From assembly GCF_964355755.1 (NCBI RefSeq), contig NC_092679.1, positions 10,089,432 through 10,153,431 of the forward strand: 64,000 nt of DNA. The letters run 5' to 3'. Positions 1-13,100 of this stretch are shown piece after piece. The position numbers were made by a program, and so were the translations under genes. Each line of letters begins with the position of its first letter. Positions within the stretch are counted from its first letter, which is position 1. The notes beneath the pieces are model-generated. The model saw only the letters and a program-made list of their open reading frames with translations, did not search any database and had not been told where the DNA came from. This DNA is from Antedon mediterranea. Taxonomy: Eukaryota > Animalia > Echinodermata.

Positions 1-1
1 T

Positions 2-166
2 TTCGATCACACGCGTTTCAATACGCACTCATTCAGAATTGGTAGGGCTACACAACTACATAACATGGGAGCAAATGAGAAGGAGATCATGACCACGGGT
101 AGATGAAAAAGCGATGCGTACAAACAATATATACGACCTCATTGCATAACTTTAAGTAACAAGTAA
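2..166 (+). pseudogene. C-terminal end of a tyrosine recombinase (DIRS/Ngaro or Crypton type), truncated by the window edge
   Basis: Manual translation from base 2 gives FDHTRFNTHSFRIGRATQLHNMGANEKEIMTTGR*KSDAYKQYIRP. This contains the HSFRIG (HxxR) and GR[W]xSxAYxxY motifs of YR elements. The conserved Trp is TGA at 104-106. Not in the ORF track. Confidence 0.82.
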
Positions 167-248
167 CATTATAAATTACCAATGATCCCATAGGCAAGGC
201 ATGTACTCAAAGTCTTGATTTAATATTCTGTCGACATGCACAAGTTTT

Positions 249-590
249 CAGGCATCTGCCCAGGCAGTGCCTGCTGTTTAGTATAAGGTTACAGGCATCT
301 GCTCAGGCAGTGCCTTCTGTTTAGTATTATGGTTCCAGGCATCTGCCCAGGCAGTGCCTTTCTGTTTAGTATTAAGGTTATAGGCATCTGCTCAGGCAGT
401 GCCTTCTGTTCAGTATTAAGGTTACAGGCATCTGCTCAGGCAGTGCCTTCTGTTCAGTATTAAGTTTAAAGGCATCTGCTCAGGCAGTGCCTTCTGTTCA
501 GTATTAAGGTTAAAGGCATTTGCTCAGGCAGTGCCTTCCTGTTTGTATTAAGGTTACAGACATCTGCTCAGGCAGTGCCTTCCGTTTCAG
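249..590. repeat. ~44-bp tandem repeat, 8 copies, with internal dyad symmetry
   Basis: Unit CAGGCATCTGCTCAGGCAGTGCCTTCTGTTCAGTATTAAGGTTA starts near 249, 292, 336, 381, 425, 469, 513 and 557. AGGCA/TGCCT and CTGC/GCAG are complementary within the unit. Confidence 0.92.
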
Positions 591-949
591 CATTTAACTT
601 TCTCGCCATCTGCCTCACCGTATTATAACTGGCAGTGCATTCTATCCTGCATCATACCAGTTCGCCGAGCGGGGCCTACTGTTTTGGTTCAAATACATCT
701 GTTCGTGTTTTTCTTTTGGAAGAGTGAACATTCTTGCGTCCACCCTGCATTTACATGGGCTGCTCTCGGCGGTGTTTCACACCTGCCATGGGCTTTTTCC
801 TGAGCATCCATGTGATATTAGAAAAATAAAATCTGCGTCTAACTTTAATTATTCATATCCACAATCACATGCAGGTTACACGTTTAGAATGTTCATTTTT
901 CCAATAAAATGTTTATATGCCAGAAAATGATGTTGTATGCTTTTTCTTA

Positions 950-3900
950 AGTCTTTGTGTATCAAAAATAAGCTATTTTGTGCTCTTTGATGTTTTTTTG
1001 TGAAAAGTTTTATCGAAATGCTCAAAATGGTCTAAAACAGTTTCTAATGTGATTTTAAGCACTTTGATGTTTTTGTGGAACCAAGTTTTTTCGAAAATCA
1101 CAAAATGGTCTAAAAGGTCTCCAAATGCGATTTGAAGCTATTCTAAGCACTTTTGTGTTTTTGTGTAACCAAGTTTTTTCGAAAATCACAAAATGGTCGA
1201 AAACGTCTCCAAATGCGATTTGAAGCTATTCTGTACACTTTGATGTTTTTATGTTTTTTTTAGAAAATCACAAAATGGTCTAAAACGTCTCCAAATGCGA
1301 TTTTATGCTATTCTAAGCACTTTGGTGTTTTTATGTTAACAAGTTTTTTCGAAAATCACAAAATGGTCTAAAACGTCTCCAAATTCGATTTGAAGCTTTT
1401 CTGTACACTTTGATGTTTTTATGGTATTAACAACTTTTTTCGAAAATCACAGAATGGTCTAAAACGTCTCCAAATAGGATTTGAAGTTATTCTGTACACT
1501 TTGATGTTTTTATGTTAACAAGTTTTTTTCGAAAATCACAAAATGGTCTCAAACGTCTCCAAATGCGATTTGAAGCTGTTGTAAGCACTTTTGTGTTTTT
1601 ATGTTAACAAGTTTTTTCGAAAATCACAAAATGGTCTAAAATGTCTCAAAATGCGATTTGAAGCTATTCTTAGCACATTGGTGTTTTTATGTTAACAAGT
1701 TTATTCGAAAATCACAAAATGGTCTAAAACGTCTCCAAATGCGATTTGAAGCTATTCTGTACACTTTGATGTTTTGTGTGAAAAATTTTTGTCGAAATGC
1801 TCAAAATGGTCTAAAACGTTCTTAAATACGATATTAAGCTATTTCGTGCTTTTTGATGTTTTTGTGTAATCAAGTTTTTTCGAAAATTACAAAATGGTTT
1901 AAAATGTCTCCAAATGCGATTTTATGCTATTCTAAGCACTTTGATGTTTTTATGGTAACAACTTTTTTCGAAAATCACAGAATGGTCTAAAACGTCTCCA
2001 AATTCGATTTGAAGCTATTCTGTACACTTTGATGTTTTTATGGTAACAACTTTTTTCGAAAATCACGGAATGGTCTAAAACGTCTCCAAATGGGATTTGA
2101 AGTTATTCTGTACACTTTGATGTTTTTATGTTAACAAGTTTTTTTCGAAAATCACAAAATGGTCTCAAACGTCTCCATATGCGATTTGAAGCTGTTGTAA
2201 GCACTTTTGTGTTTTTATGTTAACAAGTTTTTTCGAAAATCACAAAATGGTCTAAAATGTCCCAAAATGCGATTTGAAGCTATTCTTAGCACATTGGTGT
2301 TTTTATGTTAACAAGTTTATTCGAAAATCACAAAATGGTCTAAAACGTCTCCAAATGCGATTTGAAGCTATTCTGTACACTTTGATGTTTTGTGCGAAAA
2401 TTTTTTGTCGAAATGCTCAAAATGGTCTAAAACGTCTCCAAATGGGATTAGAAGTTATTCTGTACACTTTGATGTTTTTGTGTAACCAAGTTTTTTCGAA
2501 AATCACAAAATGGTTTAAAATGTCTCCAAATGCGATTTGAAGCTATCCTAAGCACTTTGGTGTTTTTATGGTAACAAGTTTTTTCGAAAATCACAAAATG
2601 GTCGAAAACGTCTCCAAATGCGATTTGAAGCTATTCTGTACACTTTGATGTTTTTATGTTAACACTTTTTTTAGAAAATCACAAAATGGTCTAAAACGTC
2701 TCCAAATGCGATTTTATACTATACTGTACACTTTGGTGTTTTTAAGTTAACAACTTTTTTCGAAAATCACAAAATGGTCTAAAACGTCTCCAAATTCGAT
2801 TTGAAGCTATTCTGTACACTTTCATGTTTTTATGGTAACAACTTTTTTCGAAAATCACAGAATGGTCTAAAACGTCTCCAAATGGGATTTGAAGTTATTC
2901 TGTACACTTTGATGTTTTTATGTTAACAAGTTTTTTTCGAAAATCACAAAATAGTCTCAAACGTCTCCAAATGCGATTTGAAGCTGTTGTAAGCACTTTT
3001 GTGTTTTTATGTTAACAAGTTTTTTCGAAAATCACAAAATGGTCTAAAATGTCTCAAAATGCGATTTGAAGCTATTCTTAGCACATTGGTGTTTTTATGT
3101 TAACAAGTTTATTCGAAAATCACAAAATGGTCTAAAACGTCTCCAAATGCGATTTGAAGCTATTCTGTACACTTTGATGTTTTGTGTGAAAAATTTTTGT
3201 CGAAATGCTCAAAATGGTCTAAAACGTTTTTAAATACGATATTAAGCTATTTCGAGCTCTTTGATGTTTTTGTGTAACCAAGTTTTTAAGAAAATTACAA
3301 AATGGTTTAAAATGTCTCCAAATGCGATTTTATGCTATTCTAAGCACTTTGGTGTTTTTATGTTAACAAGTTTTTTCGAAAATCACAAAATGGTCTAAAA
3401 CGTCTCCAAATTCGATTTGAAGCTATTCTGTACACTTTGATGTTTTTATGGTAACAACTTTTTTCGAAAATCACAGAATGGTCTAAAACGTCTCCAATTG
3501 GGATTTGAAGTTATTCTGTAAACTTTGATGTTTTTATGTTAACAAGTTTTTTTCGAAAATCACAAAATGGTCTCAAACGTCTCCAAATGCGATTTGAAGC
3601 TGTTGTAAGCACTTTTGTGTTTTATGTTAACAAGTTTTTTCGAAAATCACAAAATGGTCTAAAATGTCTCAAAATGCGATTTGAAGCTATTCTTAGCACA
3701 TTGGTGTTTTTATGTTAACAAGTTTATTCGAAAATCACAAAATGGTCTAAAACGTCTCCAAATGCAATTTGAAGCTATTCTGTACACTTTGATGTTTTTG
3801 TGTAACCAAGTTTTTTCGAAAATCACAAAATGGTCTAAAATGTCTCCAAATGCGATTTGAAGCTATCCTAAGCACTTTGGTGTTTTTATGGTAACAAGTT

Positions 3901-5890
3901 TTTTCGAAAATCACAAAATGGTCGAAAACGTCTCCAAATGCGATTTGAAGCTATTCTGTACACTTTGATGTTTTTATGTTAACACCTTTTTTAGAAAATC
4001 ACAAAATGGTCTAAAACGTCTCCAAATGCGATTTTATACTATACTGTACACTTTGGTGTTTTTATGGTAACAACTTTTTTCGAAAATCACAAAATGGTCT
4101 AAAACGTCTCCAAATTCGATTTGAAGCTATTCTGTACACTTTGATGTTTTTATGGTAACAACTTTTTTCGAAAATCACAGAATGGTCTAAAACGTCTCCA
4201 AATGGGATTTGAAGTTATTCTGTACACTTTGATGTTTTTATGTTAACAAGTTTTTTTCGAAAATCACAAAATAGTCTCAAACGTCTCCAAATGCGATTTG
4301 AAGCTGTTGTAAGCACTTTTGTGTTTTTATGTTAACAAGTTTTTTCGAAAATCACAAAATGGTCTAAAATGTCTCAAAATGCGATTTGAAGTTATTCTTA
4401 GCACATTGGTGTTTTTATGTTAACAAGTTTATTCGAAAATCACAAAATGGTCTAAAACGTCTCCAAATGCGATTTGAAGCTATTCTGTACACTTTGATGT
4501 TTTGTGTGAAAAATTTTTGTCGAAATGCTCAAAATGGTCTAAAACGTTTTCAAATACGATATTAAGCTATTTCGTGCTCTTTGATGTTTTTGTGTAACCA
4601 AGTTTTTCGAAAATCACAAAATGGTTTAAAATGTCTCCAAATGCGATTTGAAGCTATCCTAAGCACTTTGGTGTTTTTATGGAAACAAGTTTTTTCGAAA
4701 ATCACAAAATGGTCGAAAACGTCTCCAAATGCGATTTGAAGCTATTCTGTACACTTTGAGGTTTTATGTTAACACCTTTTTTAGAAAATCACAAAATGGT
4801 CTAAAACGTCTCCAAATGCGATTTTATGTTATTCTAAGCACTTTGGTGTTTTTATGTTAGCAATTTTTTTCGAAAATCACAAAATGGTCTAAAACGTTTC
4901 CAAATTCGATTTGAAGCTATTCTGTACACTTTGATGTTTTTATGGTAACAACTTTTTTCGAAAATCACAGAATGGTCTAAAACGTCTCCAAATGGGATTT
5001 GAAGTTATTCTGTAAACTTTGATGTTTTTATGTTAACAAGTTTTTTTCGAAAATCACAAAATGGTCTCAAACGTCTCCAAATGCGATTTGAAGCGTCTAA
5101 AACGTTTTTAAATACGATATTAAGCTATTTCGTGCTCTTTGATGTTTTTGTGTAACCAAGTTTTTTCGAAAATCACAAAATGCGATTTGAAGCTATCCTA
5201 AGCACTTTGGTGTTTTTATGGTAACAAGTTTTTTCGAAAATCACAAAATGGTCGAAAACGTCTCCAAATGCGATTTGAAGCAATTCTGTACACTTTGATG
5301 TTTTTATGTTAACACCTTTTTTAGAAAATCACAAAATGGTCTAAAACGTCTCCAAATGCGATTTTATGCTATTCTAAGCACTTTGGTGTTTTTATGTTAA
5401 CAAGTTTTTTCGAAAATCACAAAATGGTCTAAAACGTCTCCAAATTCGATTTGAAGCTATTCTGTACACTTTGATGTTTTTATGGTAACAACTTTTTTCG
5501 AAAATCACAGAATAGTCTAAAACGTCTCCAAATGGGATTTGAAGTTATTCTGTACACTTTGATGTTTTTATGTTAACAAGTTTTTTTCGAAAATCACAAA
5601 ATGGTCTCAAACGTCTCCAAATGCGATTTGAAGCGTCTAACACGTTTTTAAATACGATATTAAGCTATTTCGTGCTCTTTGATGTTTTTGTGTAACCAAG
5701 TTTTTTCGAAAATCACAAAATGCGATTTGAAGCTATCCTAAGCACTTTGGTGTTTTTATGGTAACAAGTTTTTTCGAAAATCACAAAATGGTCGAAAACG
5801 TCTCCAAATGCGATTTGAAGCTATTCTGTACACTTTGATGTTTTTATGTTAACAAGTTTTTTCGAAAATCACAAAATGGTCTAGAACGTA
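950..5890. repeat. 88-bp satellite array (~56 monomers) with higher-order repeats
   Basis: Consensus AAGTTTTTTCGAAAATCACAAAATGGTCTAAAACGTCTCCAAATGCGATTTGAAGCTATTCTGTACACTTTGATGTTTTTATGTTAAC. Period is 88 (e.g. 2761 vs 2849). Near-identical blocks recur at 1320 bp (2581/3901) and 540 bp (4921/5461). Confidence 0.97.
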
Positions 5891-6047
5891 ATACATATTT
5901 ACACTAGGCTAGGCCCTAGGCTTGCACTTAACCTCCTACTGTACTGGGCCTAGGCCTATTTCTTTATGGTGGCCGCACAGAGGAGGAAGTGCGTGATTAC
6001 GCTAGACCTGCCGGCGGGCATATTAGCTATTATATACATTTACTTAA

Positions 6048-6410
6048 AGATGTATTGTCCCTCAAAATCATGAAAAATAAAGATTTTTAAAATCAGACTT
6101 TGAATAGGCCATTTTGCAGTTTTAATGAAGTTGTTCACTTCCATAAGAAAAAAAACGGGGGAAAAAAATTATTTCACTTATAAAAAGACAAAATAAATAG
6201 TTAAATTACCCAAAAACTCATTGTCTTCCAGACAATTTGACCATTTTTTTGCTTTAAATTACATTTTTCTCAGGTAAATAAATTTTTGTCAGACCCAATT
6301 TTTTGTGAGAGTGAATAACTATTATGTGACATTAAAATAACATATTCAACAAAAATTTCCTTTAAAAAACAACACTGATTTGTTTCTTTAGATAAAGGCT
6401 AATACAATAA
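6048..6410. mobile_element. Degenerate TTAA-targeting MITE, same left terminus as 22731-23297
   Basis: TTAA|AGATGTATTGTCCC at 6044-6061 is identical to the left end at 22727. The right end is only weakly visible (GGCTAATACA near 6400). Confidence 0.35.
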
Positions 6411-6651
6411 AGAAAATTTTGTTTACTACTTTTTATATATAAATTTAGTATTATTGTAAGTGGTGTTTAATTTTTTTGGGTGGGAAATATGTTTTTATTT
6501 AAAAAGGAGAAATGTTTCACTTTGTTTTGGTTTTTCAGATGTCGGATTCGTCAGATTCGAATGATTCAGAGTCAAAAAATGCAACAATCTTAACAAGAAT
6601 GAGGGTACGTTTATTGTAAATACATAATATAAAAATAACGCTTAAAAGAGA

Positions 6652-6690
6652 ACGACGTTTCGACTCCATCATGGGGTCATTATCAAGTCC
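6652..6690 (-). ncRNA. Putative minimal hammerhead ribozyme variant in the Penelope 3' end
   Basis: Minus strand reads GGACTTGATAATGACCCCATGATGGAGTCGAAACGTCG: a (C/T)TGA core, a GACcCCAT/ATGGAGTC stem II, then GAAAC. Hammerheads in PLE terminal repeats are established. The core deviates from CUGAnGA. Confidence 0.55.
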
Positions 6691-6780
6691 AATGAATAAA
6701 ATATAAAACAACAACTAATTAAGTAGCACAAGCCAAGGGTCAAAGTTTAAATAACAAAAGACCTATTGTCTAACATCCTG

Positions 6781-8133
6781 TCAAATGAAAAGCTTAGCTT
6801 TTACAGAGTCACTTTGTTTATTCAGACTAGGTTTTAATTGTCTGATATACAACATTTCATAGATAAGACAGTAAAATTTGTTTTTGCGTTTCCTAAGTAT
6901 ACTAAAACATGAATTAATTTTACTTGGATTAACAATCACGTTATGATCCTTCAAAATGCTGTCCTATTAAGCATCTACTATGTTCAACAATGCGTTGGTA
7001 GAGGTGTCGGCATGTTTATCCCACATAACTTGCATCGCACAAGTCACATTTAAATTTATACACAACACATTGTTGACTTATAATAGTAGGTTTCTTTTCG
7101 ACTTTCCTAATGTTATCTTTAACTTTTTTTACTTATGAATACAGGGACAATGTTTTTGTTTATCTTGTGACTTAGTTGGCATAGTTGTCGCTTGACGGAG
7201 TTCACAGATTTCTGGTCTTTGAATGGCAGGATGATTCGCACTGGTATTTCGGATAAATCTGTTTCACCTTCTGCAGTGTTGTTATTGCTCTCTGCTGGTT
7301 TAAAGTTCTGTATGGTTGTTGTTATTAGTTCATCTGGATATTTCAGACGCTTAAAAATCTTCCTTAGAATTTCACATTCATCATTAAAAAGCTGGTGGGT
7401 CGACGATAGTTTGTAAGCCCGATTTAACATAGTTATAACAAGGTCAACAGCCATTAAGTCGCGTGCTACAATGCATAGTGATACCGGACCGACAAACAAA
7501 CAGACCGACAGACAGACAGACCGACAGACAGACGGACCGACCGACATAGTGAACTATACCGACCGAAATTACTGAACATGTTTAAAAATGTTGAAATGTT
7601 TAAAAACATTTTTATTTACACGTGCGTAGCCGGTCACTTTTGACGTGCTCGTATAACGTAATTTCAAGTTGAAAAGTAAGTCAAGAAAACAGAAATTGGG
7701 CAAAAAGAGTGCGCAATAACATTTAACGCGCAGTGCGCGCGCAAACATCTGCGCACTCATGGCAATTTTGTAAACGCTTAAAATTGCCTGAAACGTACTC
7801 TTATTTCATCGAAAATAAATTTTGAAAATTTTAAGCGCGCGTACGCATGCGTTACATGCGCTACTCACGTAATTGTATTGCCATATGATGATTTATGCCC
7901 TGAAATTTATGAGTACCAAATTTTATTTAATTGTGATTCATGGTTGTTAAGATATGATTACAAACGTGAATTCGTTAAATCGTGCGTAGACCGCGTAATT
8001 TTTTATTGCGCACCGTGAAAACATAACCACATCGATTCCTGGCCATAAGGAATATTCTGTGAAAAATTGACTTAGCTAGATTAAACTGATATCAAGATAA
8101 GGTCATAAAGCGATAAAACGCATAGTGATACCG

Positions 8134-8168
<35 letters not shown>

Positions 8169-9598
8169 CGACAGACAGACCGACCGACAGACAGACAGAC
8201 CGACCAACCGACCGACATAGTGAACTATAGAGTCGCTTCCACGCGACTAATAAGTGACCTTTTATACTTGTTGTCAACGTGACTATTGTAGTGTAGCAAT
8301 AAGCCTGTGTCTGTTGGCTTTCTATAAACCCAAATCTTTGGTTATCAGCATTCCTAGGAAAGGGATTGAATTGTTCACGGTAGTTTCCATTGTGAACGCT
8401 TTCGCAGGATGGGTTGTGTTAAGTAAAGCTAAAAATTCATTGGCTGCTTCTAGATTTGGCATGAATACTAGTGTGTCATCAACATACCGTTTGTAGTATT
8501 TGGGCATGTGGTTCGTAGATTCAAGGCGTTCCTCGATGTGGCACATAAATACATTTGCCGAAAGGGGCCCTAGAGGTGATCCCATTGCAACTCCATCAAC
8601 CTGTTCATACAAGTTACCATTAAATTGGAATAGCTGATCTTTCGTTGCTATCAATATTATTGAGGAGTACAATTAAATCGTCCTTATCTAAGTTTAGTCC
8701 ATAATTATCGTTGAACCAGTTGTTAGTAAATGCTTTATCAGCAATAATTTGAATTGTCTCGGTTAAAGGAACATTTGTGAATAAGGACGAGACATCATTA
8801 TGATACCAAAATATCACTAGCATTTATAACGGTTGAGCGTATATCAGCTGCAGAGCTAAATACATCATCTATTGTATATACGTTCTGGGATAGCGGTTTC
8901 AACTTCTCATCCAGCCACTGAGCTAATTTATAATTGTAGGTACCTGTTGCTGACAAGATTGGTCTCATAGATAACTTTTCTTTGTGTGTTTTAGGCAATC
9001 CATACAAATGAGCTAACCTTGATCCGGTTTGACAAATTGATTTAGCAATTTCTTTTGGAAGAATTTTATGAACCGTTGAAATCATATCTTTCTCCTTTTT
9101 CAAGAGTGGATGGTAATGTGTCATTGGTCTTCCTCTTGTTCTTGGTTGTTCAGTAGAGATTGGTATAAATTTGGAAACATTGTTGACCGATGCTTCACAT
9201 AATAAATGTTCATACTCACTTCTATCCATGACTACTACTCCTGATCCTTTGTCTGGCTTTGTGATGATTACATCATCTCTCTTCTTTAATTGGCCAAGCG
9301 CTCTTGTTAAGGCTTTTGGTGGGGATGGTCCTTTCCTTTCTATATAATTAAGTGCGATAGACTTTAGAGTAGCTGCTGTTAATTCTTTAGTTTCCTCACC
9401 AACAATTTTAGGCTCCAGCTTCCAGTACGCTTTCTCGAAATTTGCTTTAATTTCCCTGGATGAAACTCGGTGAGGGTAAGCAAATTGTAAGCCACGGCTG
9501 AGCGCTAGCTTTTGAAAGAACGATAGTCTATATGATGATATATTAAGGATGTGTTCATCCACCTTCTTACCTCTATACATTAGGTTTGCGATTTTCTT
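6781..9598 (-). pseudogene. Penelope RT-GIY-YIG ORF, frameshifted and interrupted by a HINE
   Basis: Formed from ORF pieces 8798-9580, 8620-8823, 8322-8672 and 7119-7436, plus a manually read tail ending ...LKPSLNKQSDSVKAKLFI* at 6781. Confidence 0.9.
7437..8250 (-). mobile_element. Non-autonomous Helentron-type element (HINE/DINE-like) with (GTCY)n microsatellites, inserted in the Penelope ORF
   Basis: Reverse-complement copy of 31554-32316. It has AGTCGCGTG/CACGCGACT sub-terminal inverted repeats, two GTCT/GTCG tracts, a 3' stem-loop, insertion at TT and no TSD. Confidence 0.82.
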
Positions 9599-9601
9599 AG
9601 A

Positions 9602-10107
9602 TTAAGAAAAAAATTCTTACGAGATGAAAGTGAAACAGAAACAAAGAAGAAAAAGTCCAAATCATTTTCACGCCCCGGAAATTCAAATGCAACGGAAACT
9701 CTAAGAAAGATCCAGATTGGACTTAAGGTGGATGGAAAACACATTAGAAAGGAATCCACTGGCGGAGGGCGAAGAGAAGCTAGAATGGAGAAGAGATCTT
9801 TGAAGAAAGATATAGTGGCAAAGGCTAAAGGATTCTTTTTTGTAACTGGAAATAAATTTGGACCAGTGGAACAATATACATTTGACCTTCAAAATGTTGA
9901 GGAAAAAGCAATGAGCGAAAGCGAAACAATAGGACAGCTTTATGAATCAACAGGCCTCCCTCTATTAAGGTTCTACTTAATTGCTACTTCAAGAGGTTTG
10001 ATTGGAATAGATAAACCATCAACCAGCCGTGCATGGATGGAAAGTGAAATGGGAGAAGATTTACTTCCGATAGATATGTCTGATATTACTTCAACTGATA
10101 GTGATTA
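9602..10107 (+). pseudogene. N-terminal segment of the HECT-like gene, between the Penelope and Ginger insertions
   Basis: Open frame LRKKFLRDESE...GNSNATETLRKIQIG...GGGRR...KAKGFFF...TIGQLYESTGLPLLRFYL (includes ORF 9728-10198). It is in the same frame as the ATG at 6539. Confidence 0.65.
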
Positions 10108-13100
10108 TGTCACGCCAAAATTGGTCCGGCCAAAATCGGTCCAGCCGGATCGATTTTGGTCGCCAAAACTGGTCCGGTCGGATCGATTTTGGCGTTGAAC
10201 AGCCGCTAAAACAGGTCCGGCTAGGCAAAAACTGGTCCGGCCTTTAAAATCGCTTGTTTATTCTTTAAAATGTGTTAAGAAGCCTGCAAACAGTTCATAT
10301 GGTTAAAGTAAATATACTAAATATTACCGTACAAACTAAAAGAAATTATCGAAACACTAATTAAAGAAACTCTAATCGGATTTTGGGATATTCTATTGTT
10401 CAGTTCGTTTAAAACTAATAGCGCCCTCTAGTAATTGTATATTATGTCTTAGATCTTAGATCATAATTATTATGTACAAACTGAATACGTCTTGGGCGTA
10501 TTCAATAATGATTAATAATAAAATATAGAACGTTAATTATTATTAGTATTATTATTTTAGGTTGTTGTCATTACTGCTATCAGTATCTTTTTTTTGTGCC
10601 TTTGTAAGAAATTACACCCGCCTTATTTTTTTTCCAGTCCACATTTTGTGGTGCAAGTGGCCACCAAGGGCCTCTCTATTAATAGTATAAAACAATAACG
10701 ATAATAATAATCGATATGGGTAGCAATACTAACATTAATAAAGATCAAAAATCGACAAACGACACCACAGTGGAACGACCGGTTCCCACATTCACGAATT
10801 TAGCTGTACGACGAACACGAGTTTTGTAATAGTCTTAGCGAAAAAAAAGAAAGTAAAAACGTTATTTAGTACAGAGATTTTTTTTATCACCCCAAATTAT
10901 GGACTTTTAAGAATTCAATTACTTATTACGCTCTAATAATATCACTGGTTGGTGTACGCGTGGGTTGCGTCATCATTTTATAGTGCCGTAATAAAGTTTT
11001 AGCCAAAAATAAGAGGGTTAAATTTGCCATTTTCTCAAAATTATCCAAAATATGAACTTTTCAATTATTTCGCTCTAATATCATTATTTAGGCCTACTGG
11101 TAATATTTGTAATTTTTAAAAAAAATCTTTACACCGCAATCCAGGACCGCAGCTGAAAAAAGCTGTGGCACATCTAACGTGGATGGGATGGATGCGAGCG
11201 ACTAAGTCTATAGGCTACACCCATTGTCGCTCAACTCAAAATGTTATAACGTAGAGCTGAACGTAGGCTACAATACAATGAATTATTTGACTAGCTAGTA
11301 GGTTTATTTCAATCTTGCAAAACACAATTCATATATTTGATTCAAAATGTATGAGTCCTAAATAGGCCTACTGTATTTGATTGTTACAATGTAATAATAT
11401 TATTACCTGTATTATGTTTTATATTTTTATACAGTAAATACTGTAATTTAAAACAATAAAATTCACTATACATCAACTAAGGTAAACATATTAAAAACGG
11501 TACGCTTAACCAGGGCCTTGCGTGCGAAATCACGCATTAACATTTTAAAATTCTTAAAATTACGTTTTGATCAATTTTAGAACATGATTTAGGCCATTTG
11601 CGTGTTTCAAAAATACTGCGCAAAAAAACATCGAAACGGCCCAGAAAAGAAAGAAAATCAATTATGACAGAAGGCATGCACAACCAACTGAATTCGAATG
11701 CGGAACATTATGTATTGATGAAAGATCTGCGAAGGAAAAAAAGGAAGGGAGGAAAACTGGAAAATAAATGGTTAGGTCCATACAAAATTACTTCAAAACT
11801 CGGAAGAGATCATATTCTCTAATAGGGCTAGATGACGACAGTGTTATCAAACGTGTTAACGGGATACTTCTGAAGCCATATATCTTTCCACCAACCTCTT
11901 CATCAAAACATGATTGCCCCAACACTCAAACGTCCGGCAGTACTTCACCATCCGTTCGCCACTAATCGTCAATGGAAGCAACCTGCCTTTTAAATTGTCA
12001 AATAATCTGCCCGAAAAAGCTGCAAATGAATCAATGGAACACCACAATGCTGAGAAATACAAGGAAGAAGGACCCTCTCAAAACGTTAGACAGGACAAGC
12101 ATCTTGATCAACAATTAGATGATGTGATATTCTGTGGTTCTTACGAGGCTAGTTCACCAAACCCAGTAGATGCACATTGGCAAGCATAAAAATCATTTTT
12201 GTTTGGAATCGACGTTAAAATATCATAGGCCTACAAGACGTGAATACAAATCAAAGAGAAATGAACAAGGCAGCAAAACCCACGAAAACAGCCAGGATGC
12301 GCGGAGACGGGACCTGCCTCAGCTTTAGAGCGCTTAGTTACGTTCTTGTTGGTGTCTAAAGTCACCATGATTGTGAGGGACCATATGAGTTTATGTCCAA
12401 AACAGACGTATCTTTGAAAACTGCGACAGCAAATCATTCGAAAAATACACAAGTGATACAGCTATGTCTAAGGATGGAACATGGGGCTCCGAGTTGGAAA
12501 TTTAAGCATTTGCAACAATGACGAAAACCATTGTCTACAAATATGGCACAAGAAAAAATCAACCACATTTTCAATGGCTGGGAGTATTGCCCATTAACAA
12601 ATAGTGATGCTGAAATTTCGGAAAGAAATGTGTATCTTTCAAATGTTTGTGCTCATGTTGAGCCAGTTTTGGACGTTGAAAAACAAGAGGAGGGGTTACT
12701 TGACACATCGGAACGAAAGTACATCCGCAGACCATACCATCTAATACGCAAGTATCTCGCCCGCAAATATTGGGACTACATCACCGAAGAAACCTTAAAC
12801 GCTGCTCTTGTGGACAATTACGCAGATGAAGCTACACTGCGACCTTTGGATTTACATGCTGTCATTTTTGTAAGCGAATTTACCGACAATCGGTATGATG
12901 TACAACATTGTGAAATTGAGCCAAATATCTTCAACTTGTTGTGCGAAATTTTTTAGAGAAAACAACTTTAATACCTTTCCTCATTAAAAGGACGTGCTAT
13001 AATACACAAATCTGTTTTTTCAAATAAAAAATAATATAAGTTTTGGGTATGATGCGTCTCACAGAGCCAAGATATAAGGAGCTTGGACTTGCACCGTGCG

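Larger units (their letters stand above)
6599..9598 (-). mobile_element. 5'-truncated Penelope-like retroelement (RT + GIY-YIG endonuclease)
   Basis: ITKPDKG, LYGLPKTHK, RPILS, DVSSLFTNVP, GVAMGSPLGP and RYVDD are PLE RT motifs. VVYKFKCDLCDASYVG...LYQRIVEH (~6980-7070) is GIY-YIG. AGA occurs at both junctions (6596-6598, 9599-9601). Confidence 0.93.

Noticed and set aside
249-590. CRISPR-like array of palindromic repeats
   Set aside because: The intervening sequences are near-identical rather than unique spacers, there are no cas genes, and the context is eukaryotic.
2274-3718. ORFs 2274-2540 and 3536-3718
   Set aside because: They are translations of the 88-bp satellite.
10419-10433. CTCF-like motif AGCGCCCTCTAGT (similar at ~27806, ~55832)
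   Set aside because: These are short partial matches, mostly inside repeats, and cannot be supported without binding data.
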